Below are positions 46,452-55,915 of a stretch of 64,000 nt of DNA, piece after piece. The stretch is from an uncultured Planctomycetales bacterium. Its GTDB lineage: Bacteria > Omnitrophota > Gorgyraeia > Zapsychrales > Aceulaceae. The number at the start of each line of letters is the position of its first letter. Position 1 is the stretch's first letter. The notes below the pieces were generated by a model. It saw nothing but the letters and a program-made list of their open reading frames with translations, searched no databases and was not told the DNA's origin. The position numbers and the translations under genes were made by a program. The stretch covers positions 176,128 to 240,127 of the forward strand of contig CAZYOA010000001.1 of assembly GCA_964648665.1 (NCBI GenBank). The letters run 5' to 3'.

Positions 46452-48287
46452 ATGAAAAGAAATAAAATTGCAATTGAAGTGTTAATTTTTTCTTTAATGT
46501 TGCTGTCTTTGGCAATTAAGCATTTGAGTCCATATTTGATTCAAAATCTTTATGCAAATAATGAAATCTTTTTACTTAATTTATTTTCTGGCAATTTAGG
46601 CAAGGTTGCAGAATCTGTTGATTTTTATTTGGGTCGATCTCAGGAGGTTCTTTTTGGTCCAGTAAGCCTTATTTTTTCTGGATCAGCTCTTATTTTGTTT
46701 TGTTTAAAATATCTTGAGAGATTAACCTTTTGGAAATTTGCCGCCACACTTTTCATCTTCCTTATTATTACAAAATTTGAAATTTTATTTTTTCCACCTT
46801 ATGGCGATTCGGCAAGCGGGCCTGTCATTGAAGGAATTTGGCTTTTACATAATGATTTTAATTATGCGAAGCTGGCAGGAGAGGTTGTTTTTGTTAGAGG
46901 CGGACCGAAAGTCTACCTTTTTTCTTTATATCCGACTTATTTAGCTATTTTGATGAAAATATTTACAAATGGAAAAATGTTTGTCGCCGTGAATCATGTT
47001 CTTATCTTTGGAGCCAGTGCGATTATTCTTTCATATTTTCGTTCACTGGCTTATAAAATTTTTAATAAGCGTTTATCTGTATTGTTGACTATTTTTCTTT
47101 TATCGTTGCCTCTTGTGCAAAGTCAAATTGAACAAATTAACATGGAAATTCCTGTTCTGTTCTTTGCGATGGCATGTCTTTATTATGTAGCAAATAAGAA
47201 GATTCTTCGTGGCGCTCTTTTTGCCGGTCTTGCTATTTTTACAAAATTGTATTCAGTGTATATGGGCGGAGTTGTTTTATTTGTTGGATTATATTTGTTT
47301 TTCTTTGCAGAGAAACAAAAAGGAAATTTAAAAGTTCTAGGCTCAAGCATTCTTTCTGTTTTCTTTGCAATAGCGGGAGCACTTAGCTTGTTCTTTTTTA
47401 TGAATTTGGATGGAAGCAAGGTTGATAAGGTGGGCATGTTTCAGGGATTTTATTTAATCAAGACATTTCCTGTGACTTATTTTTATACGTTTAGTTTTAT
47501 CGCATTAATTGTTTTTGCAATTTTATTTATTCGAAAGCAGAATAAGAGTGTTTTAAGATCTTTGAATGAGTTTATACTTTCTCATTTCGAAGTTATGGTT
47601 ATTTTTGTTTGCTCGATGGGGTGGTTTGTTTTATTCTTAAACTCAGGCTGGATTCCTCCACGATATACATTGCTTTTGTTGCCATCGTTGATTCTTGGCG
47701 CTTTTTATGTTGCAAACAATTTAATTCAAAATAAGAAATTATTAGAGCAGGGCGTAATGGCTCTAATCTTTATTGGATTTTTGTGTTCCTACGGACTTCC
47801 TTATGAGCCTGTTAAAATTCAGGATCATGCGATTACAGAACGAAGCCTTGAATATAGAAATGATGTTTTGTTGCACATGAAACTTGCGAAATTGCTTGAA
47901 GAAAAGTATTCAAACTTAATTATTGGTGCGCCATTTACGTTAGCTCAAGTATTAGCATTTCCAGAGATGGGATTTACTTCCAAGAAATTAGATATTATGA
48001 TTTATCTATATCCGTGCACGTATGGGGGAGTTCGAAATTTTGAAGGATTTGAAAAGATTAACCCAAAAAATATTGTTTGGGTTGGCGTTAAGACTCCGTT
48101 TATGTTTAGCGAGCATGTGCCGTATGGTCTGCATGATTTAATTATTGAAGAGCTGGAAGTTGGAAATAAATATGCAAATTTATTTGTCGGTGGATTTTCT
48201 GTAAATGCATTGTATCATTATGGTCAATCTTTGGTGCGTCAAATGGAAGCGCATGGTATCAAGAAACCAGAACTTAAAGCTTATTAA
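46452..48287 (+). CDS. Large polytopic membrane protein with C-terminal soluble domain (possible GT-C-fold glycosyltransferase)
   Basis: 611 aa, at least 12 hydrophobic helices, then a ~150-aa hydrophilic tail. Loop FFPPYGDSASGPVIEG and LYPTYLAIL are weakly GT-C-like. Context is next to the GtrB-like GT2. Confidence 0.45.
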   Translation: MKRNKIAIEVLIFSLMLLSLAIKHLSPYLIQNLYANNEIFLLNLFSGNLGKVAESVDFYLGRSQEVLFGPVSLIFSGSALILFCLKYLERLTFWKFAATLFIFLIITKFEILFFPPYGDSASGPVIEGIWLLHNDFNYAKLAGEVVFVRGGPKVYLFSLYPTYLAILMKIFTNGKMFVAVNHVLIFGASAIILSYFRSLAYKIFNKRLSVLLTIFLLSLPLVQSQIEQINMEIPVLFFAMACLYYVANKKILRGALFAGLAIFTKLYSVYMGGVVLFVGLYLFFFAEKQKGNLKVLGSSILSVFFAIAGALSLFFFMNLDGSKVDKVGMFQGFYLIKTFPVTYFYTFSFIALIVFAILFIRKQNKSVLRSLNEFILSHFEVMVIFVCSMGWFVLFLNSGWIPPRYTLLLLPSLILGAFYVANNLIQNKKLLEQGVMALIFIGFLCSYGLPYEPVKIQDHAITERSLEYRNDVLLHMKLAKLLEEKYSNLIIGAPFTLAQVLAFPEMGFTSKKLDIMIYLYPCTYGGVRNFEGFEKINPKNIVWVGVKTPFMFSEHVPYGLHDLIIEELEVGNKYANLFVGGFSVNALYHYGQSLVRQMEAHGIKKPELKAY

Positions 48288-49645
48288 GATTTTTCCTGCC
48301 AAAAAGAGTAAAAACTAACAAATAAAGCAGTTGGAAGAAGATAAAGAATGATGCGGCTTGCTGTGCATTCAAGGCGCCAGGTTAGGTCAAAGTGTGCCGT
48401 TGTGAGGTAAACATAAAGAAGGATAAAACCAAAAAGAACAAAGAAGATGCTAAAAATTTTATTTTCATTTTGAATAAGATTTTTTGGTTTAAATATCCCA
48501 AGTAGAAAAATAAATATCCAAATAAAGTTCCACTTCTTATCCGTAAGCTCTGATCCGTAAAAGCCAACAGTTGTTAATAACCCGTTTAGATTGCAAAATT
48601 CCAGATTCTTTGTTAAAGGATTAAATAAAACTTCTCGAGTGCTTGGAGCAAGAAAGATTTTAAAAATTATAGTTGCTGCACCTGTGCAGGCAAATCCGAT
48701 TAATAAAAATTTAATAATTTTAAGTCTTTTATCAGGATCAATATTTTTATTTAAAAACAAATATCCAATGGTAAGTCCAATCAGAAGGAAAAGCATGACG
48801 ATGCCTTCATTTTTTGCAAACGGCATTAATCCCAGAAATAATCCAGTCAGTAGAGAAAATCTGTGATTCTTTGTTTTCATTGTCAGAGTTAGCAGGATGA
48901 CGCTGGAAAGAAGAAAATAAGCTAAAACGATATCTGCATATTGAGTTGTGCTCCAGAAAATATAAGAAGGTGTTGTCATTAATAAAACAGACGCTAATAA
49001 GGCAACCCATTTTTTTATAAATTGGGAGAGGCCGCTGTAGATGAGAAGTCCGCATGTAGCCGAAAAAATTATAGAAGTTAACGATGCTGCTTTGACGATA
49101 CCACTTTGAAATACTGAGTAAATCCATGTGTTAATTAACGGAAGCAAGATTGGGTAGCTTGGTTGCGTGTGCCAATGAGCTTTTGCAAAATCTGCCCAAC
49201 GTTCAGAGCCGAAAACAAGAAATTTGGCTTTCATGTTGTAGAGTCCCCAAGCATCCCAACCACCAGATGGATATTGTTGAGACAAGATGGAGATGCCGAT
49301 AATCGCAACTCCCCAAGCAATAAATGCTGTTATCCAGAATTTATTATTAATTTTTGGTAATTGATTTTCAGTTTCAATCTTGTTTTCTGGCGAAGAGAAA
49401 TAGAAAATATTTGTAATAAATAAACTTAAAAGGGTGGCAATATTAATTGTTAAAATTGCGGTTTGATTAAATTCCCTAAAAATAAAGAATGAATAAAATG
49501 TGATAGATGCTGATATTCCAAGTCCTAAACCCAGAGATAGGCAGAGAATTAGTAGGCCTGAAATTTGAGGTTGATTTCTAAGAATAAGGCGAATAGTAAA
49601 GAATCCGATAAAAAGAGATATCAGATATGTGAGGAGATTAATCAT
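48284..49645 (-). CDS. Polytopic membrane protein, GT-C-fold (ArnT/PMT-like) glycosyltransferase candidate
   Basis: 453 aa, about 12 TM. The first large loop GGWDAWGLY...HTQPSYPILLPL resembles the acidic-loop plus hPPL motif of GT39/GT83 enzymes. Confidence 0.5.
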   Translation of the reverse strand: MINLLTYLISLFIGFFTIRLILRNQPQISGLLILCLSLGLGLGISASITFYSFFIFREFNQTAILTINIATLLSLFITNIFYFSSPENKIETENQLPKINNKFWITAFIAWGVAIIGISILSQQYPSGGWDAWGLYNMKAKFLVFGSERWADFAKAHWHTQPSYPILLPLINTWIYSVFQSGIVKAASLTSIIFSATCGLLIYSGLSQFIKKWVALLASVLLMTTPSYIFWSTTQYADIVLAYFLLSSVILLTLTMKTKNHRFSLLTGLFLGLMPFAKNEGIVMLFLLIGLTIGYLFLNKNIDPDKRLKIIKFLLIGFACTGAATIIFKIFLAPSTREVLFNPLTKNLEFCNLNGLLTTVGFYGSELTDKKWNFIWIFIFLLGIFKPKNLIQNENKIFSIFFVLFGFILLYVYLTTAHFDLTWRLECTASRIILYLLPTALFVSFYSFWQEKS

Positions 49646-50085
49646 AGTTTACGCTCGACAATTATTTTCCCAAAAGGGTTTATATAGATAGGTTTTCCTT
49701 TAATAATGGATAAAATTGATCCAGCTTTTTGAGGTGTTGATGCATCAATAATGTTAATGTGATGAGCTGGATTGTTTAGATCAAGCAAAATTGGTGCAAG
49801 TATGTATTGAGCCATCATAAAGCGTCCGTCGTTATCTTCTGGTGTTGGTGTTGTTTCGCTCAAGAATCCAACAATGTCATAATCTTCAAGTTTTTCTTTG
49901 AGATCGAAATATTGAAAACCTGGTTCAACTGATCGGTTTGCTACTGTTGTAATCTGAGCCATGATGCTAATAAAATTCAGAACAAGGTTGCTGACGATTA
50001 GAATAACAAGTGCGCCAATTAAGAACTTTGATAAATAGGGTATTTTTTTATTTTTCATATTTATAGAATTAAATTTCAACGACAT
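49642..50085 (-). CDS. Hypothetical bitopic membrane protein
   Basis: 147-aa ORF overlapping the start of the downstream GT-C-like gene by 4 nt. One N-terminal TM, no motif. Confidence 0.4.
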   Translation of the reverse strand: MSLKFNSINMKNKKIPYLSKFLIGALVILIVSNLVLNFISIMAQITTVANRSVEPGFQYFDLKEKLEDYDIVGFLSETTPTPEDNDGRFMMAQYILAPILLDLNNPAHHINIIDASTPQKAGSILSIIKGKPIYINPFGKIIVERKL

Positions 50086-50192
50086 TATATCTTAAAAAAA
50101 ATGTAAATACAAGGAGGGACGCTTCGCTCTTTACATAGGCAAATATTTTTGGTATAAATAGAACCTGTTTTGAGCAATGATTTTAATAAATT

Positions 50193-50266
50193 GCGCCTGT
50201 AGCTCAGTTGGATAGAGCACTAGTCTTCGGAACTAGGTGTCGGGGGTTCGAATCCACCCAGGCGCG
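50193..50266 (+). tRNA. tRNA-Arg (anticodon TCG)
   Basis: Manual cloverleaf: acceptor GCGCCTG/CAGGCGC, D-arm GCTC-AGTTGGATA-GAGC, anticodon arm CTAGT-CTTCGGA-ACTAG, T-arm GGGGG-TTCGAAT-CCACC. Confidence 0.9.
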
Positions 50267-50357
50267 TTTTTTATTTGTTTTTCAAATTTCTAAAAAAAAT
50301 CGAAATCATCTTTACAAAGGTTTCTTCTTTTTATATGACGATTTCAGTAAATCATAG

Positions 50358-51467
50358 ATGGTTTCCATGCAGATAGAATCTTCTCTTAAAAAAACACCTT
50401 TATATCAAAATCATTGTACGCTTAATGCGCGCATGGTTGATTTTGGTGGGTGGCTTATGCCTGTTCAGTATGATGGCATTCTTTCAGAGTATGAGCAATG
50501 TCGTAAAAGTTGTGCACTTTTTGACATATCCCACATGGGAGAGATTATGTTTAAAGGAGATCTTGTTAAAGATGGGCTGGATCGAGTTGTTACTTGTTCT
50601 CTTCAGGATTTAAAGGTTGGGGCGTCTCGATATGGTTTGATGCTCAACGATGAGGGCGGAGTTGTTGATGATTTAATTATTTTTTGTATTTCAAAAAAAG
50701 AATTCTTGCTTGTTGTTAATGCGGCAAATATTAAAAAAGATTTTGATTATTTAAAAAGTCACCTTGTAAGCCCGAATGCGATTTCGGATATTTCTAATAT
50801 AACAGCAAAGCTTGATTTGCAAGGGCCTTTAGCTCGAGATGTTCTGAAAGAAATTGTGCCTGGCATTGAGAATTTAAAATATTTTTCTTTTGATACTTTC
50901 AATATTCTAGGTCAAGAAAGTATTATTAGTCGAACCGGATATACTGGAGAATTGGGATATGAAATCTTTCTAGACTTTGATCATGCAAAAGATGTTTGGG
51001 AGAAACTGCTTGATGATCCAAGAGTTGGGCCAGCTGGGTTAGGTGCACGCGATATTCTTAGAACGGAGATGGCGTATAGTCTTTACGGTCATGAAATCAC
51101 TGATGAAATTTCTCCGTTAGAAGCGGGTTTGAGTCGTTTTATTTATTTAGATAAGAAATTTATTGGAAGCGATTCAATATCAGGACAAAGCAAAGCAGGC
51201 TTAAAGCGAAAAATTATTTATTTTGTTTCAGAAACACGTCGATCTCCTCGTCATGGACAGATGCTTTATGATGAAAATCATGCAGAGATTGGAATTGTTA
51301 CGAGTGGTGTTTTTTCTCCATTTATGGAGAAGGGTATTGGAATTGGTTTAATTAATGTTGACATACAGCTGTTGAGCGATAAAATATTTTTTGGTAATGA
51401 AAAAAGCTTGGCAGCAGCAGATTTAGTAAAAAAGCCGTTTTTAAAGAATGGATCATTAAAAAAATAA
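50358..51467 (+). CDS. gcvT: Glycine cleavage system aminomethyltransferase (T protein)
   Basis: FGGW.MPVQY, DISHMG, RTGYTGELGYEI. Confidence 0.9.
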   Translation: MVSMQIESSLKKTPLYQNHCTLNARMVDFGGWLMPVQYDGILSEYEQCRKSCALFDISHMGEIMFKGDLVKDGLDRVVTCSLQDLKVGASRYGLMLNDEGGVVDDLIIFCISKKEFLLVVNAANIKKDFDYLKSHLVSPNAISDISNITAKLDLQGPLARDVLKEIVPGIENLKYFSFDTFNILGQESIISRTGYTGELGYEIFLDFDHAKDVWEKLLDDPRVGPAGLGARDILRTEMAYSLYGHEITDEISPLEAGLSRFIYLDKKFIGSDSISGQSKAGLKRKIIYFVSETRRSPRHGQMLYDENHAEIGIVTSGVFSPFMEKGIGIGLINVDIQLLSDKIFFGNEKSLAAADLVKKPFLKNGSLKK

Positions 51468-51489
51468 ATCGTTTCAAAAGGAGCTTGTT

Positions 51490-51879
51490 ATGGGTAATGA
51501 AGAAGAATATTTCTATACTAAAGATCATGAATGGGTTTGTTTCGAAGAAGGAAGCGCCTTTGTCGGCATTGCAGAATATGCACAGAACGCTTTAGGCGAT
51601 ATTACTTTTGTTGAATTGCCTGAGGTTGGCGTTGAAGTTGATCAATTTGAACAATTTGCCTCAGTTGAATCTGTTAAAGCCGCAAGTGATATTTTTGCTC
51701 CTATTTCTGGAAAAATTATTGAGGTTAATCAAAATCTTTCATCATCACCAGAGCTTATGAATAAATCTTGTTATCAAAAAGGATGGATTGCTAAGATGGT
51801 GTCATCGGATGTTGGTGAAAAAGATGATTTGATGACAGTCGAGGGATATAGGAAGTTTCTAGAAGGGCTGGATCGTTGA
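51490..51879 (+). CDS. gcvH: Glycine cleavage system H protein
   Basis: YTKDHEWV, GDITFVELPEVG, lipoyl-lysine motif VESVKAASD. Confidence 0.9.
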   Translation: MGNEEEYFYTKDHEWVCFEEGSAFVGIAEYAQNALGDITFVELPEVGVEVDQFEQFASVESVKAASDIFAPISGKIIEVNQNLSSSPELMNKSCYQKGWIAKMVSSDVGEKDDLMTVEGYRKFLEGLDR

Positions 51880-53216
51880 GCTCTTTTATTGCAAACACCG
51901 CACAAGATGTTGACGAAATGCTAAAAATTATTGGAAAGAAGTCCATTGATAGTCTTTTTTCTGATATTCAACCACGGCATGAACCAAAATCTTTCAATAT
52001 TCCGCCTGGTATTTCTGAATTTGAGATTTTAACGAAATTTAATTTAATTGCAGAAAAGAATAATGTAAAGTTAGTTTCTTTTTTAGGAGCTGGTTTTTAT
52101 GATCATTATGTTCCGCAGGTAGTAGGAGCTCTTTCTTCAAGAGCAGAATTTTATACAGCGTATACTCCGTATCAGCCAGAAACTTCACAAGGCATTTTGC
52201 AATCTCTTTATGAATTTCAAAGCATGATAGCGACATTGACAGACATGGATATGGTTAATGCATCTCTTTATGATGGTGGAACGGCTTTATATGAAGCAAT
52301 GATGATGGCGATCCGTATTAATCGCAGAAAAAAAATTATTATGGATGGTGGTGTTAGCCCAATTTATAGAAAAATTATTCGAAGTTATACTTCAAACCTA
52401 GATATTGAATTCAAAGAAGCGAGTGTTGTTCATGGGCGTGCGGATCGTAAAGAAATCCTCGGTATGCTAGATAAAAATACTTCGGCAATTATATTGCAAA
52501 ATCCAAATTTCTTTGGTGCCATCGATGATCATAGCGATATCATTGAATCTGCACATAAGCTGGGTATTTTGGTTATTGAAAGCGTTTATCCTGTTTCTTT
52601 GGGAATTTTAAAGACACCCGGGGAAATGGATGTCGATATTGTTACAGGGGAAGGACAAAGTCTTGGCATTCCATTGAATTTTGGGGGTCCTTATTTAGGA
52701 TTTATGGCAACTAAAAAGAAATATGTTCGAAAAATGCCAGGTCGCATTGTTGGACAAACTGAAGATAAAGAAGGAAGTCGTTGTTTTGTTAATACATTGC
52801 AGGCGAGAGAACAGCATATTCGTCGAGAGAAAGCAACATCAAATATTTGTACTAATGTTGCGCTGTGTGCAGTGCAAGCGTCTATGTTTATGTCTCTTTT
52901 AGGAAAGAGGGGACTTATTGATTTGGCTCAATTGAATTTTGAAAAAGCTGAATTTGCACGTGAAATGCTTGAAAGCGTCAAGGGTGTTGAGGTTAAGCGT
53001 TCATCGCCTACGTTTAATGAATTTACTGTAAAATTGCCATCTGATGCAAGTGATGTTGTAAAGAAGATGATCAAGAAAGGTTTTGCGGCAGGATTTCCTT
53101 TGTCGCGGTATTATCCAGAAATGAAGAATTATTTATTGATTGCTGTAACTGAAAAGCGAACAAGACAGGAAATTATTGATTTTGTAGATGCTTTAAAGGA
53201 GGTCTTGTGCAATTAA
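51876..53216 (+). CDS. gcvPA: Glycine dehydrogenase (decarboxylating) subunit 1
   Basis: TTG start overlapping the gcvH stop; FLGAG.YDHY.P, YTPYQPE.SQG.LQ..YE.Q. Confidence 0.9.
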   Translation: MSSFIANTAQDVDEMLKIIGKKSIDSLFSDIQPRHEPKSFNIPPGISEFEILTKFNLIAEKNNVKLVSFLGAGFYDHYVPQVVGALSSRAEFYTAYTPYQPETSQGILQSLYEFQSMIATLTDMDMVNASLYDGGTALYEAMMMAIRINRRKKIIMDGGVSPIYRKIIRSYTSNLDIEFKEASVVHGRADRKEILGMLDKNTSAIILQNPNFFGAIDDHSDIIESAHKLGILVIESVYPVSLGILKTPGEMDVDIVTGEGQSLGIPLNFGGPYLGFMATKKKYVRKMPGRIVGQTEDKEGSRCFVNTLQAREQHIRREKATSNICTNVALCAVQASMFMSLLGKRGLIDLAQLNFEKAEFAREMLESVKGVEVKRSSPTFNEFTVKLPSDASDVVKKMIKKGFAAGFPLSRYYPEMKNYLLIAVTEKRTRQEIIDFVDALKEVLCN

Positions 53217-54655
53217 TTTTTGAAAAAAGCGTTGCAGGGCGAAGAGGATATCAACTTCCGAAATCGGACGTTAATGTTACATCAAAGATTCCGTCTCAAT
53301 ATATAAGGAAGACGGAGTGCCAGTGGCCAGAAGTTTCAGAATTAGATGTTGTGCGTCATTTTACAAGACTTTCAAAATTAAATTATTCTGTTGATGCAAA
53401 TTTTTATCCACTTGGATCTTGTACGATGAAATATAATCCGAAAATTTCCGAAACAGTTGCTAGTATTGATGGATTTGCAAACTTGCATCCTGTTTTGCCG
53501 CAATTAGATCCAGATCTTGTTCAGGGCGCGTTACAGGTTCTTTATGAAATGGATCAGCTTCTTTCGGAAATTGCAGGAATGCATTGTTTTACTATGCAAC
53601 CGTTGGCTGGTGCGCATGGAGAACTAACGGGAGTCATGTTAATTTCTGCATATCATCGCGCAAAAGGAAATAAGAAAAAATATATTATTGTGCCTGATTC
53701 AGCGCATGGAACAAATCCAGCAAGCGCGACGATTGCAGGGTATGATATTGTTTCAGTTCCAACAGATAAAAATGGTGTTTTAAGTTTAAAAGATATTGAA
53801 GACAAAATTACTGATGAACTTGCTGGAGTTATGCTTACAGCGCCGAATACTTTAGGAATATTTAATTCAGATGTTGATAAGATTTCCGAGGCTGTGCATA
53901 AAGTTGATGGGCTTATGTATTATGATGGTGCAAATTTAAATGCAGTGTTGGGTCGTGCGCGTCCTGGAGATTTGGGTTTTGATATTGTTCATATTAATTT
54001 ACATAAAACGTTTGCAACGCCACATGGCGGAGGTGGCCCTGGATCTGGACCCGTAGGGGTTAAAAAATCTCTTTGTGAATTTCTTCCAATTTCGAGGGTG
54101 ATTAAGAAAAAAGATGATGTTTATGCTTTGGATTATGATTATTCAAAGAGCATTGGTTATGTAGCAGCATTTTATGGAAATTTCTCCGTTATTTTAAAGG
54201 CTTATGTTTATATTATGATGCTTGGAAAAGAAGGATTGAAAGAAGTTAGCGATCACGCGGTTTTAAACGCAAATTATATTATGGAAAGTCTTAAAAAGTA
54301 TTTTGATTTGCCTTTTGATCGAACATGCATGCATGAATGTGTTTTTTCAGCATCTCGGCAAGAAAAGAATGGAGTTCATGCGATTGATATTGCAAAATTC
54401 TTAATTGATAAGGGATTTCATCCTCCGACGATATATTTTCCCTTAATTGTTAAAGAGGCTATCATGATTGAGCCTACTGAAACAGAATCAAAACAGCAAA
54501 TTGATGAATTTATCGAAGTTATGATTGAAGCTGCTAAACTAGCTGAAAATAATCCTGAGGAATTCAAAAATTTCCCAAAAACAACTTCTGTCTGCAGACC
54601 AGATGAGGTCAAGGCCGCTCGCGATGTTGCCTGCAATTATTTCTTAAATAAATGA
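53207..54655 (+). CDS. gcvPB: Glycine dehydrogenase (decarboxylating) subunit 2
   Basis: GTG start; LGSCTMKYNP, HINLHKTF (PLP Lys), PHGGGGPG. Confidence 0.9.
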   Translation: MQLIFEKSVAGRRGYQLPKSDVNVTSKIPSQYIRKTECQWPEVSELDVVRHFTRLSKLNYSVDANFYPLGSCTMKYNPKISETVASIDGFANLHPVLPQLDPDLVQGALQVLYEMDQLLSEIAGMHCFTMQPLAGAHGELTGVMLISAYHRAKGNKKKYIIVPDSAHGTNPASATIAGYDIVSVPTDKNGVLSLKDIEDKITDELAGVMLTAPNTLGIFNSDVDKISEAVHKVDGLMYYDGANLNAVLGRARPGDLGFDIVHINLHKTFATPHGGGGPGSGPVGVKKSLCEFLPISRVIKKKDDVYALDYDYSKSIGYVAAFYGNFSVILKAYVYIMMLGKEGLKEVSDHAVLNANYIMESLKKYFDLPFDRTCMHECVFSASRQEKNGVHAIDIAKFLIDKGFHPPTIYFPLIVKEAIMIEPTETESKQQIDEFIEVMIEAAKLAENNPEEFKNFPKTTSVCRPDEVKAARDVACNYFLNK

Positions 54656-55353
54656 AACTGAAGAACATTTCTTTTTTAGATCCTCGTAAAAATATTTTAT
54701 TTGATGATGTTTTGCTTTCTTTAGCTGAGGAACAAAAGGCGTCAGAAACTTTACGATTATGGGAATCGCGCAAACTATTTATTGTTTTAGGAAAAACTTC
54801 TAGTCTTGAAGATGATGTTCGCATTGATAATGCTAGAAGAAATAACATTCCTATTTTACGAAGGAGCTCCGGAGGTGGAACTGTTTTGCAAGGGAAGGGA
54901 TGTCTAAATTTTTCTTTCATTTTATCTAAAGATAGTCATTCTGATTTGCTTATTATCCAAAAATCTTATCAATTTATTTTAAAAAAAGTCATAAAGGCAT
55001 TAATATCTCTTGGAGTTCAGGCAGTTTGGCATCCTATTTCTGACATTGCGATTAAAGGATCAGATAAAAAAATTTCTGGAAACGCACAAAAGCGAGCAAA
55101 GAAATTTATTCTTCATCATGGGACAATTCTTTATGATTTTAATTTAAAAAACATTGAAAAATATCTTAAAGTTCCTAAAAGTTGTCCTGATTATCGGAAT
55201 GGCAGAGTCCATAAAGAATTTGTCGCAAATATTGATAAAACTTCAGAGAATATTAAGATGGCGATTGCAAAGCAATTTCCTATTTCCTCAGTTGAGAATA
55301 GCATAAATCTTGACGAGAAAGAGTGTTTGGAGAGATTCTTAAGGTTTAATTAG
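54652..55353 (+). CDS. Lipoate-protein ligase / octanoyltransferase family protein (BPL/LplA/LipB catalytic domain only)
   Basis: RRSSGGGTVLQGKG, KISGNAQKR (catalytic Lys context). 233 aa with no LplA C-terminal domain. Overlaps the gcvPB stop. Confidence 0.75.
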   Translation: MKLKNISFLDPRKNILFDDVLLSLAEEQKASETLRLWESRKLFIVLGKTSSLEDDVRIDNARRNNIPILRRSSGGGTVLQGKGCLNFSFILSKDSHSDLLIIQKSYQFILKKVIKALISLGVQAVWHPISDIAIKGSDKKISGNAQKRAKKFILHHGTILYDFNLKNIEKYLKVPKSCPDYRNGRVHKEFVANIDKTSENIKMAIAKQFPISSVENSINLDEKECLERFLRFN

Positions 55354-55412
55354 TAAAAAATATTAGTAATATATTTAAAAGCAAGAATTTTTGTTAAATT
55401 TTTCTAAATTCA

Positions 55413-55440
55413 TTGACAAGTCGGGCTTGTCTTATATAAT
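55413..55440 (+). promoter_or_regulatory. Consensus sigma70 promoter (TTGACA - 16 nt - TATAAT) with an embedded inverted repeat GACAAG-5 nt-CTTGTC
   Basis: TTGACA at 55413-18, TATAAT at 55435-40, palindrome at 55415-55431. Confidence 0.6.
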
Positions 55441-55491
55441 AAATTTATGATTAAAAGAAGGTTTTAGTCTTAATCCTTTAAGGAGGGTTTG

Positions 55492-55890
55492 ATGAAAAAA
55501 ATATTTAGTTTATCTGTTGTTTGCGCTCTAGCTTTAATTTTTTGTTTTGATTCTTTTGCCGGATTAATTGATTGGGAACGCCGAAATCGATTTTTAAAAG
55601 AGAGACAGCAAAATAGCGGATCCGAAAAAGCTATGACTGAAGATGATCTTCCTCTTTGGATGAGAGAAGAGCCTATAATAAAAACGCGTGCAGAGAAGAG
55701 ATATGACGTAAACCGTGATGGTAAATTTCAACCTGCGGAATCTAAGGTTTACTTGCGAAGAGTTATTAAAACAGTTGAAAAAGGTGGAAAAATTGTTTCA
55801 AGGTCTGATATTTTAGAAGAATATGATACAAATGGAGATGGTGTTATTTCGCTTGTGGAAGTAAAAGAAGTTCGAGAAGACGTTTTATAG
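55492..55890 (+). CDS. Small secreted EF-hand calcium-binding protein
   Basis: AGGAGG sits 5 nt upstream of ATG 55492. Signal peptide MKKIFSLSVVCALALIFCFDSFAG; EF-hand loops DVNRDGKFQPAE and DTNGDGVISLVE. Confidence 0.65.
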   Translation: MKKIFSLSVVCALALIFCFDSFAGLIDWERRNRFLKERQQNSGSEKAMTEDDLPLWMREEPIIKTRAEKRYDVNRDGKFQPAESKVYLRRVIKTVEKGGKIVSRSDILEEYDTNGDGVISLVEVKEVREDVL

Positions 55891-55915
55891 ATTTTTTTTA
55901 AAATATAAATAAAAA

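Noticed and set aside
48382-49360. Small ORFs on both strands inside the minus-strand GT-C-like gene (48382-48567, 48591-48866, 48807-49127, 49163-49360)
   Set aside because: They are nested within a coherent 453-aa polytopic membrane ORF and have no independent signals.
50267-50357. Looked for a glycine riboswitch upstream of gcvT
   Set aside because: The 91-nt region after tRNA-Arg is AT-rich. It has no GGAGAG/CACCG-type conserved cores and no tandem aptamer-sized structure.
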